Source: a bacterium
Lineage (GTDB): Bacteria > Armatimonadota > Chthonomonadetes > Chthonomonadales > Chthonomonadaceae
Direction: 5' to 3'
Length of the DNA: 64,000 bases
Assembly: GCA_021777995.1 (NCBI GenBank)
Contig: JAJYCW010000001.1
Location: 5,473 to 69,472, forward strand
Position 1 is the first letter of the stretch. Each line of letters opens with the position of its first letter. Of the stretch, positions 19,651-27,833 are shown piece by piece. Both the position numbers and the translations under genes were made by a program. A model generated the notes under the pieces. The model did no database searches. It was not told where the DNA came from and saw nothing but the letters and a program-made list of their open reading frames with translations.

Positions 19651-20781
19651 ATGAAATCCGATGTGAGCAAATCTGGTATTCCCCTGGACTCGATTATCCA
19701 TGGAGATTGCCGAGAGGAATTGTATCGTCTGCCGGAACATTGTGCCGACATGATATTTGCGGATCCTCCTTACAACCTCCAATTGGCAAAGCGACTACGA
19801 CGGCCGGACTCATCGTTGGTAGACGCAGTAGACGATGATTGGGATGCATTTGCCAGTCTGCATGAATATGATGAATTCACTAGAGATTGGCTTACGGCAT
19901 GCAGGCACGTACTTAAGGATACCGGTACAATCTGGGTAATAGGTTCCTATCACTGTATTTTTCGGATTGGATCTATCATGCAGGATCTGGGGTACTGGAT
20001 ACTCAACGATATTGTGTGGATAAAGAGTAATCCTACTCCTAACATGAATGGTACGCGATTTTGCAATGCCCATGACACTCTTATTTGGGCCAAGAAGTCA
20101 AGAGACGAAAGAGGTTACACGTTCAATTACCGCACCATGAAAGCCGCAAATGACGATGTGCAGATGCGATCGGATTGGTATATACCCCTTTGCGGTGGAA
20201 GCGAGCGACTGCTGACCGACGGCCTGAAATCACATTCAACCCAGAAACCTCTTGCCCTCCTGAAGCGGGTGATTTCTGCATCTACACGCCCTGGTATGAC
20301 CGTACTCGATCCGTTTTTTGGGACAGGCACAACCGGTGCCGCGGCAAAACAACTTAAGCGCAGATACATTGGGATCGAGCGTGAACCTGGCTATATTGCT
20401 GTAGCGCAGCAACGACTTGCCGCTACTGAAACGGGAACACAGTCGCAGGATTGTAACCTAACAGATCTAGATGCTCCTAAACCGCGAATTCCATTTGGCA
20501 CCTTGGTAGAACTTGGACTATTGAAACCAGGTGACATACTTACAACGGCAGACCTCAAGTCGCGCGCCGTCGTACAACAGGACGGCACAATCGTAAGCAA
20601 TGACTTTCGGGGATCCATTCACACCGTGGCGGCAGCGGTCGCGGGGAAACACACGTGCAACGGATGGCAATTCTGGATGTATCTTGACACAGTCGACGGT
20701 ACCCTTCAGCCGTTGGATACCCTGCGTTCCATTGTTCGAACTCAATTGCTAAATTCGACGCGTGAGCGGCAGGAGGCTTGA
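19651..20781 (+). CDS. CcrM-like beta-class N6-adenine DNA methyltransferase (predicted GANTC specificity), orphan
   Basis: Motif IV FADPPYN precedes motif I DPFFGTGTTGAAA, which is the beta-class order. By eye, strong similarity along the whole length to my recollection of Caulobacter CcrM, including the C-terminal extension (PRIPFGTLVE...GSIH...CNGW.FW). No nuclease gene is adjacent. Confidence 0.85.
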   Translation: MKSDVSKSGIPLDSIIHGDCREELYRLPEHCADMIFADPPYNLQLAKRLRRPDSSLVDAVDDDWDAFASLHEYDEFTRDWLTACRHVLKDTGTIWVIGSYHCIFRIGSIMQDLGYWILNDIVWIKSNPTPNMNGTRFCNAHDTLIWAKKSRDERGYTFNYRTMKAANDDVQMRSDWYIPLCGGSERLLTDGLKSHSTQKPLALLKRVISASTRPGMTVLDPFFGTGTTGAAAKQLKRRYIGIEREPGYIAVAQQRLAATETGTQSQDCNLTDLDAPKPRIPFGTLVELGLLKPGDILTTADLKSRAVVQQDGTIVSNDFRGSIHTVAAAVAGKHTCNGWQFWMYLDTVDGTLQPLDTLRSIVRTQLLNSTRERQEA

Positions 20782-21344
20782 TGCACCTAGTAGTTGGACT
20801 GGGCAACCCTGGGAAAGAGTACGCGGGCACAAGGCACAACGTAGGCTTTGATGTTATCGAAGATTTAGCACGAAAACATCACATTGCGGTTACAAAACGA
20901 ACCCACCAGGCAGTCATTGGCGAAGGCACTTTGGGACAGCACCGCGTAATTCTTGCGAGACCAATGACCTTCATGAATCTAAGTGGTAACGCAGTAGCCA
21001 CTATTTCGCGCTACTACAAAATTGACCCGGCCAACATCATCGTCGTGCTGGATGACCTGAATTTGCCAGTGGGGAAACTTCGCCTGCGATTGGGCGGTAG
21101 TGCCGGCGGGCAAAATGGGCTTGCTAATGTTATTCTGCGCATGGGCACGCAGGACATACCCCGGATCCGCATCGGAATTGGCAGCGTCGATGGTAGTAGA
21201 ATGATCTCTCACGTTCTTTCAAGGTTTCCTGCGGAGGAGCGGGCACTTATTGACGAGTGTATAGGCCGTGCCAGCAGTGCGATTGAAACAGCAGTAGCCG
21301 AAGGATTCGAAATGGCGATGAATCGCTTCAACGTTTCGACGTGA
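20781..21344 (+). CDS. pth: peptidyl-tRNA hydrolase
   Basis: GLGNPG..Y..TRHNVGF N-terminus. ATG 20781 overlaps the methyltransferase TGA by 1 nt and is preceded by AGGAGG. Confidence 0.92.
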   Translation: MHLVVGLGNPGKEYAGTRHNVGFDVIEDLARKHHIAVTKRTHQAVIGEGTLGQHRVILARPMTFMNLSGNAVATISRYYKIDPANIIVVLDDLNLPVGKLRLRLGGSAGGQNGLANVILRMGTQDIPRIRIGIGSVDGSRMISHVLSRFPAEERALIDECIGRASSAIETAVAEGFEMAMNRFNVST

Positions 21345-21559
21345 CAGAGAAAAGTACAGGTAAACTATTTGCCGAACACTGCACATACCAGGAGGGCAAC
21401 TTGGACGTTGTAAAAAAAACCACTACGAAGGACGATGGTCGCGCGCTGTATTATTACCACTTTCCGGCAACTGCATCCGAGGAGGAGGCCAAAGTCTTTG
21501 AAGCAATTGATGCGGAAGTAGAGATTGTAGAACGATGCGAGGAAACAACCAATGTCTGA
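21341..21559 (+). CDS. small hypothetical protein (72 aa), possibly a detached N-terminal part of GalT
   Basis: GTG start overlapping the pth stop. The 3' end overlaps the galT start by 8 nt in another frame. Contains DDGRALYYYHF. Confidence 0.35.
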   Translation: MTEKSTGKLFAEHCTYQEGNLDVVKKTTTKDDGRALYYYHFPATASEEEAKVFEAIDAEVEIVERCEETTNV

Positions 21560-22532
21560 GTTGAGATGGAACCCGACGCTGGACGAATGGGTTGTAACTG
21601 CAACGCATCGTCAGGATAGAACCTTTTTCCCCCCACCAGACTATGATCCTCTAGCACCTACCAAGCCGGGTGGGTTTCCAACTGAAATTCCCGCATCTGC
21701 TTATGAAATTGTTGTCTTCGAAAACAAATTTCCCTCCTTCCGACCAGAGCCGCCCGAGCCGTCTGTTGAAGGATCAATGCTCTATCCAGTACGGCCGGCA
21801 AGCGGTGTTTGTGAGGTTGTGTGCTACACATCGGCAGCAGAAGCTGAGCTCGCACTGATGGATCCGAGCAAACTTCGCGAACTTGTAAGAGTCTGGGCGG
21901 ATCGCTTTAAGGCATTGGGCAGCCGTCCATATGTGGACTATGTGTACATTTTTGAAAACAAGGGCAAAGAGATCGGCGTCACTTTACCGCATCCCCATGG
22001 TCAAATCTACGCATATCCATTTGTACCGCCCATCCCAGCAAAGGAAGTCGCTGCCGCTCGAGGTTATACTGCCCGTACCGGTCGAAACCTGTACGACGAT
22101 ATAATTGAGCGTGAAACCCGTGACGGACACCGAATTGTATGGCGAAACGCATCGTTTGTGTGTGTGGTGCCGTTTTATGCCAGATACCCCTATGAGGTGC
22201 ATATCATTGCGACGAAACCTCATGCGTCCTTAAGCCAGATGGGAATTTCCGAGCTCAATGACCTTGCCGAAGCGTTGCGGGTGATAGGCCAGAAGTACAT
22301 TGCTCTGTGGAATAAATCGCTACCGTATATCATGTTGATGCATCAGGCCCCCACTACGGGAGCCGATTACGATGAATACAGGTTCCATGTGGAATTTTAC
22401 CCGCCCTACCGCACCCCCGATAAGCTGAAATACTTAGCAGGCAGCGAGGCAGGGGCAGGAGTCTTTATTAACGATACTCACGCTGAGGACACTGCAAAAA
22501 TCCTACGGGACACTGATCCGCTGCAGTCGTGA
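21552..22532 (+). CDS. galT: galactose-1-phosphate uridylyltransferase
   Basis: RWNPTLDEWVV..THRQDRTF N-terminus and the active-site HPHGQIY (H-x-H-x-Q). Confidence 0.9.
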   Translation: MSELRWNPTLDEWVVTATHRQDRTFFPPPDYDPLAPTKPGGFPTEIPASAYEIVVFENKFPSFRPEPPEPSVEGSMLYPVRPASGVCEVVCYTSAAEAELALMDPSKLRELVRVWADRFKALGSRPYVDYVYIFENKGKEIGVTLPHPHGQIYAYPFVPPIPAKEVAAARGYTARTGRNLYDDIIERETRDGHRIVWRNASFVCVVPFYARYPYEVHIIATKPHASLSQMGISELNDLAEALRVIGQKYIALWNKSLPYIMLMHQAPTTGADYDEYRFHVEFYPPYRTPDKLKYLAGSEAGAGVFINDTHAEDTAKILRDTDPLQS

Positions 22533-22538
22533 ACTTTG

Positions 22539-23195
22539 CTAGTCCTGAAAATCGCGAGGGGTATCTACTTCAATATGGCCGTTAGCATACAAGATAACCG
22601 TTTTTCGGTCCTCATACTTCCCGTTACCGTGGGGAAATGAGAGGAGCTTGAAGAGTGCCTGTCGTCCCGCTTCAGTGTTTTGCGGCGGGATGGCTACGCA
22701 CGTATTCATATGTGCACCAGGCTTTTCTATAATGAGCACGAGCGCATCGGGCGGGCATATCTGTTTAACGGCTTTAGTACCAGGAATAAAGCTTGAAGTT
22801 GGGTTGAAGTCATACCCCGCTGCGAGCGAATTGTACACGTACCCTATTTCGCGGCCGCTACCTGGACCGTGAAGGTACGCCATTTTGCCACCAGGTAGAT
22901 CCGAAGCAGAAGGTAGTTCAGCTGCTACACAGTCAGACCAGTGATCTACCGGAGGTAACTTTCCCTCCCAATCGAGAGCATATTCCCGAAATGCTTTGTA
23001 AATTGCGGCTTCGTTACCTTTAGCGATAACGATGTCTCGTTCAGCCTTGAAACCCAAAAACACCTGGTAACCGCCATACACTACAGCTGCACCAACGATT
23101 AAAACGAAGAATAGCGAGATTCTGCTAAGTTGTCTCTGACCCAAGCCGAGCCGAACCGTAGCGCGAGGCTTCGAAGGGCCGAACAGAGAGAACAT
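22539..23195 (-). CDS. hypothetical membrane-anchored protein
   Basis: Start at ATG 23195 (MFSLFGPSK). One N-terminal TM helix (ISLFFVLIVGAAVVYGGYQVFLGF) followed by a soluble domain of about 160 aa. No motif recognised. Confidence 0.55.
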   Translation of the reverse strand: MFSLFGPSKPRATVRLGLGQRQLSRISLFFVLIVGAAVVYGGYQVFLGFKAERDIVIAKGNEAAIYKAFREYALDWEGKLPPVDHWSDCVAAELPSASDLPGGKMAYLHGPGSGREIGYVYNSLAAGYDFNPTSSFIPGTKAVKQICPPDALVLIIEKPGAHMNTCVAIPPQNTEAGRQALFKLLSFPHGNGKYEDRKTVILYANGHIEVDTPRDFQD

Positions 23196-23283
23196 GTAAA
23201 TGCCACCTTTCAAACGCTGCACAATGAATACTATGCGCCTGCATAAATTACGTCGCTCAAAGTAGTGCGCGTTCCCAATCAGA

Positions 23284-25377
23284 TTGGAGCCGGTAGTCGT
23301 GCTTAATCAAGCCCAACAACAACAGTGTATTCGTGATTACATCGCCCTGCTCTCACAGGATGACTTTCAGCTACTGTACCGGTTGTACACTGGACAACTC
23401 GCTGAGGGCGAATTAACCTACGAGTTTCGATCTGCAAGACTGGCTACTATTATGGCACGACCGGGTAATACGAGTTCTGTCATAGCGACTTTGGACCTTA
23501 CTTCGCAGACAACACTTGCCTGCTTATGCGCTACGGTTAACCTGGGCGGTGGCCTGGTGGACGACTCGACTGTGGAAGTGGTTATGCGCACTCTGAACCG
23601 CGCCACAACAGACCACGTACTATCAGCCCTGGTATTGGCCGCACTCTTGGTACCCGTCGTTGGTGGATATTTGGTTCGGCTCGCTGTATGCACGGATATT
23701 CGCAAATATTGCCATCTTCCTCCTTGCCTCGAGGACCTGGCCGCGCACAGTACTGATCAAATACCCTTTATAGACGACAGTGGGAGAGCGCTACCCCAGC
23801 CGACGCATACGCGTATTCTTCGCAGTATCGCCGGCTTAGAACTACTGGCGGAAGACGCTTCATCAGTACTGCAGCTTGTTGAGCATCTGCTGTTGAACGG
23901 TGGGCTGGTTGAGGCTCATACGTTATTCCAAAACGAACAATTACCCACTACTATCGCACCAGTTTTTCTAGATCGGCTAAAACCTGCAGCCCGATTGCTG
24001 GCGCAACATGGCCTCATCATACCCATCTGTAACCACAACCAGCTTGAGATGTTCGGTCTTCCCGGCGAGGCTGCAGCAGCGTTGTATATCCCGATATTCC
24101 AGAACAAGTTGGCGCTTGACCAGCGCATAATTGAGATTGTTGACGGCAAAGTTGTAAGGGAGGAGCGACACACCACGCTCGTTAACGATATGGCAGCTTT
24201 GCTTGCAGCAATCATTGTAACAAGAGTAACAACTACGCAGAAAATGGAGATGAATCGGCAGGCAATAAAGAAGTCCGCAAAACGTGCGGCACTGCAAATA
24301 GACCGTTATCTCGACTTCCTACAAACACTCGTGGTAGAGCTTGAACTTTTGGACGTGGATGATTCCACCGGATTATATGAACTTACTATCAATGGTCACC
24401 ATTGGCTCGCACTCTCAAGACGGCGACAGCAACTTGAACTCATCTATGCCTGGATGGAGAGCAAGGCCATGGTTGAATATGCAGAATGTTACGGCGAGAA
24501 GCTGCCAGAAAACTATACACATCAATGGGCATGGGCAATTCGTAACGCGGCGAGTTGGGAGATCCTTAACCATGTTCGCCTGCACAATACGACTCCTGAT
24601 GTAGTAGCAACTTATTTCGAATGGCGCGTTCCCGCAGCTGCCGATTTATTCGCGGAGCGGCACGGCTACACCGCCGAGACGGCCCGGAAGCTGTATACTC
24701 ACCGGCTAATCACGGAAACGATGTACTGGCTAGGGCTGGTAAAGCGCCTGATATTGCAATCACCGTTAGCAGGCGAACAAGGTACTACAACGGATGTTGC
24801 TTATACTGTTGACCATTATGGTAAGGATGTATTGGCAACTGTGAAGCCAGATGAGGACAGTAAGGAGCAGTGGAACGATGAACCCTGCATTTTGCAGGCG
24901 AACGGTGAGATAATCGTTCCGCCCAGCCTCGCAACAGGCAGGCTATTCTCGCTGCTTCTCTTTTGTGAGCGTCTACCAGGCACTACAACAGTGCGACTTA
25001 CTCGAAACTCTCTTCGACAGGCTATCTCCGTAGGAATTGAAATTGATGCCATGCGCACTATCTTGCAAAGCTGCGGTATCGCGGGCGTTCCACAACCGAT
25101 CGAGTTTCTTCTTGATGAAATGACGGCTCAACAAACCGAATATAGTGTCGGGAGTGCGGCCGTCTACATATCAGCAGACTCCAAAGAATCGCTCGACAGG
25201 CTTGCTGCATCGAGTGCAATCTTGCAATACGAGCCGATCAGGATCGCACCCACTGTCCTTGTCCTTCGCAAAGGGGAACCTGCCGTGGTACACAAAGAGC
25301 TGATGAGGCTGGGCTTGTTGCCGCGTAACAACGATGAAGCTTTGGGTACCATCGACTTTATTAAAGTCTGTTCATAA
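23284..25377 (+). CDS. large hypothetical protein whose C-terminal region resembles the helicase-associated (XPB-neighbour type) domain
   Basis: 697-aa ORF with a TTG start and no nucleotide-binding motif. The C-terminal ~130 aa (ILQANGEIIVPP...RLTRNSLRQAISVGIEIDAMRTILQ...VPQPIEFLLDEM) resembles a domain I recall from bacterial XPB-associated proteins. Weak call. Confidence 0.5.
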   Translation: MEPVVVLNQAQQQQCIRDYIALLSQDDFQLLYRLYTGQLAEGELTYEFRSARLATIMARPGNTSSVIATLDLTSQTTLACLCATVNLGGGLVDDSTVEVVMRTLNRATTDHVLSALVLAALLVPVVGGYLVRLAVCTDIRKYCHLPPCLEDLAAHSTDQIPFIDDSGRALPQPTHTRILRSIAGLELLAEDASSVLQLVEHLLLNGGLVEAHTLFQNEQLPTTIAPVFLDRLKPAARLLAQHGLIIPICNHNQLEMFGLPGEAAAALYIPIFQNKLALDQRIIEIVDGKVVREERHTTLVNDMAALLAAIIVTRVTTTQKMEMNRQAIKKSAKRAALQIDRYLDFLQTLVVELELLDVDDSTGLYELTINGHHWLALSRRRQQLELIYAWMESKAMVEYAECYGEKLPENYTHQWAWAIRNAASWEILNHVRLHNTTPDVVATYFEWRVPAAADLFAERHGYTAETARKLYTHRLITETMYWLGLVKRLILQSPLAGEQGTTTDVAYTVDHYGKDVLATVKPDEDSKEQWNDEPCILQANGEIIVPPSLATGRLFSLLLFCERLPGTTTVRLTRNSLRQAISVGIEIDAMRTILQSCGIAGVPQPIEFLLDEMTAQQTEYSVGSAAVYISADSKESLDRLAASSAILQYEPIRIAPTVLVLRKGEPAVVHKELMRLGLLPRNNDEALGTIDFIKVCS

Positions 25378-25501
25378 ACAGGAGAAGGAACTATGCGCAG
25401 ACACATTGAAACAGTATAGACGGCACGCACAATATGATTGGCTGCCAATTACAAGGGTACGTAGACTATCCAAATTTTTACGGGAGGCATAGATCGCCCC
25501 G

Positions 25502-26551
25502 ATGACAGCAACACCCAAGGAAAAAATTCGCGTAGGGCTTATAGGATGTGGTGGAATCTCCAATGCACATCTGCCCCATCTTTCAACATCCGATGATGTA
25601 GAACTCGCGGCGTTTTGTGATGTGGTAGTAGAGCGCGCCGAAAAGCACGCTGCCAAATATGGCGGCCAGGTATTTGATGACGCGGCGAAAATGCTGAATT
25701 CCACTCAGCTTGACGCAGCCTATATTTTGATTCCAACCTATGCGCACGGTGCACCAGAGCGAGCCTGTGTAAAAGCTGGTGTTCCCTTCCTCGTGGAGAA
25801 ACCACTGGGTATCGATCCCGCGGATCTTCGTGCACTCTCTGCAGAGGTGCAAGAGTCAGGTCTTATCACTGCCGCTGGTTTCATGAACAGGTATCGCAAG
25901 TCCGTTAACCGCTCTAAAGAGTTACTTGCTGCGGATCCTGCAATTTTACTGGACGGTGCTTGGATTGGCGGTCCACCACTTGTGAAGGAAGGCGACTACT
26001 TCTCAACGCAGCCGATTGGTTTATGGTGGCCATTCAAAGAGAAGAGCGGCGGTCAGTTTGTAGAGCAGGTAATACACACTGTAGACCTTGCTCGATACCT
26101 TGCTGGCGATGTTGTAGAAGTGTTCGCTTACGCGGCCAACGGCTTTAACCAGAAGCTGCCAAACCTCATAAAGGGTTACAACCTGGATGATGCCATGGTG
26201 GTTTCCATGCGCTTCGCAAACGGCGCGGTGGGAAACATTATGTCATGCTGTGCCGCGCCACAGGGCGGGGGTGTCTTCCTAAATGTTTGGGGCAGCCACC
26301 ATACGCACAAATTTAGTGACTGGGCACATCATGTTCAGATTCATCGAAGCGGTGAAAAGGGTCATGAGGACATTGCCGGTGATATTGATGACATTTTCCC
26401 AACTGAGGACAGAGCATTCATCAACGCAGTGAAATCTGGTGATAGATCCTCTATTAAGTGCACACATGCTGACGGTGTTAAGAGCACGCTACTCGCCTTA
26501 GCCGCGAATGAGAGCCTTGAAACAGGTAAACCGGTAACGGTGCAATACTGA
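25502..26551 (+). CDS. Gfo/Idh/MocA family oxidoreductase
   Basis: N-terminal Rossmann motif RVGLIGCGGISNAH, EKP motif (FLVEKPL), typical length. Confidence 0.88.
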   Translation: MTATPKEKIRVGLIGCGGISNAHLPHLSTSDDVELAAFCDVVVERAEKHAAKYGGQVFDDAAKMLNSTQLDAAYILIPTYAHGAPERACVKAGVPFLVEKPLGIDPADLRALSAEVQESGLITAAGFMNRYRKSVNRSKELLAADPAILLDGAWIGGPPLVKEGDYFSTQPIGLWWPFKEKSGGQFVEQVIHTVDLARYLAGDVVEVFAYAANGFNQKLPNLIKGYNLDDAMVVSMRFANGAVGNIMSCCAAPQGGGVFLNVWGSHHTHKFSDWAHHVQIHRSGEKGHEDIAGDIDDIFPTEDRAFINAVKSGDRSSIKCTHADGVKSTLLALAANESLETGKPVTVQY

Positions 26552-26564
26552 CGCGTTAGGTTGA

Positions 26565-26596
26565 AGCGGGGGCGGAAATACCTGTTCGCTCCCGCT
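26565..26596. terminator. hairpin between convergent genes (possible bidirectional terminator, no U tract)
   Basis: AGCGGGGGCG-N12-CGCTCCCGCT, a 10-bp stem with one G-U pair, between the oxidoreductase stop and the ABC ATPase stop. Confidence 0.4.
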
Positions 26597-26602
26597 ACTC
26601 CC

Positions 26603-27346
26603 CTACTCCGCGTCGTCTGCGGGTATGGCCATTGCAGCAAGTTCCTCTGCAGCTATTCTGCGCTTCGTAACCTTCTCATCAGATACCACTTTGCCATCTT
26701 TAAACCGAATGATTCGTTCTGCGTGCTCAGCAATATCCTCCTCATGGGTAACCAGCACTACTGTCTTGCCCGAAGCGTGCAGTTTCTGAAAAATGTCCAT
26801 AATCTCTTCGCTCGTTCGCGAATCCAGGTTACCAGTCGGCTCATCACCAAAGATTACAGGTGGGTCGTTCACTAATGCGCGTGCAATCGCAACGCGCTGT
26901 TGCTGGCCGCCACTCAGTTCATTTGGTTTATGCCCCATCCGCTCAGCAAGCCCTACCATTTCGAGAGCGCGTTTTGCAACTTGCTCGCGATTCTTTGTGT
27001 TGCTATAAAGCATAGGAAGTTCAACATTTCGAAGGGCACTGGTACGCGCAAGAAGGTTGAATGTTTGAAACACAAATCCTATCTTGCGATTTCGTATGTC
27101 AGCTAGTTGATTATCATTTAACGAAGCAGCCTCTATACCATCTAGCTTGTAAGACCCTTTGGATGGCTTATCTAGACACCCAATAAGGTTCATGAAAGTG
27201 GATTTACCGGATCCCGAAGGGCCCATAATTGCTACAAATTCACCTGCCTGTATCTCCACCGAGACACCGCGAAGAGCTTTTACTTCCATCTTACCCATTT
27301 TGTAAATCTTGTAAACGTCATTTACCTGAATCATAGCGTCCGGCAT
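26603..27346 (-). CDS. ABC transporter ATP-binding protein, MacB/LolD-type
   Basis: Walker [10 protein letters not shown], signature [15 protein letters not shown], Walker [19 protein letters not shown] Shine-Dalgarno before ATG 27346. No permease gene is adjacent. Confidence 0.9.
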   Translation of the reverse strand: MPDAMIQVNDVYKIYKMGKMEVKALRGVSVEIQAGEFVAIMGPSGSGKSTFMNLIGCLDKPSKGSYKLDGIEAASLNDNQLADIRNRKIGFVFQTFNLLARTSALRNVELPMLYSNTKNREQVAKRALEMVGLAERMGHKPNELSGGQQQRVAIARALVNDPPVIFGDEPTGNLDSRTSEEIMDIFQKLHASGKTVVLVTHEEDIAEHAERIIRFKDGKVVSDEKVTKRRIAAEELAAMAIPADDAE

Positions 27347-27833
27347 AAATCACTCCTCACAACATGTCGAAATAATGTTACGTTTACCAGCAAATGCAGG
27401 CCTGAAACCATAGTATTGCCAAGTACCAGGCGTTATCTGCAGCCGAACCGGCATCGATGCAGTGCGACGACCGCCGCAGCAATTCGATGCCCACCATGAC
27501 CGTAACACAAACAAATTACATCCACCATGGTAATAGAGTTTCAGTGAATGATATCCAGAGAAACATTAAGCCGTTGTGCCGCAGGACTCCCACTGGCACA
27601 GATGGCAGTTGAAGGGACGGCAAATCCACTGCGACCGGGCCCCGTCCTAATCGATGTTCCGAGGTGGCGTAATTGCGTTCGACCACCGATGTTACCCACT
27701 GCAAAAACAGTGTTACATCGCAATAGGAAGGTAATCGCCGTCGAGCACCTCCGGTGCCTCGTCAACAAATCGGCATTCTATTGTCAACTGCCGAGGGCAG
27801 CGGGAATACCGCCCGCTGCGCAGCACGGCACAC

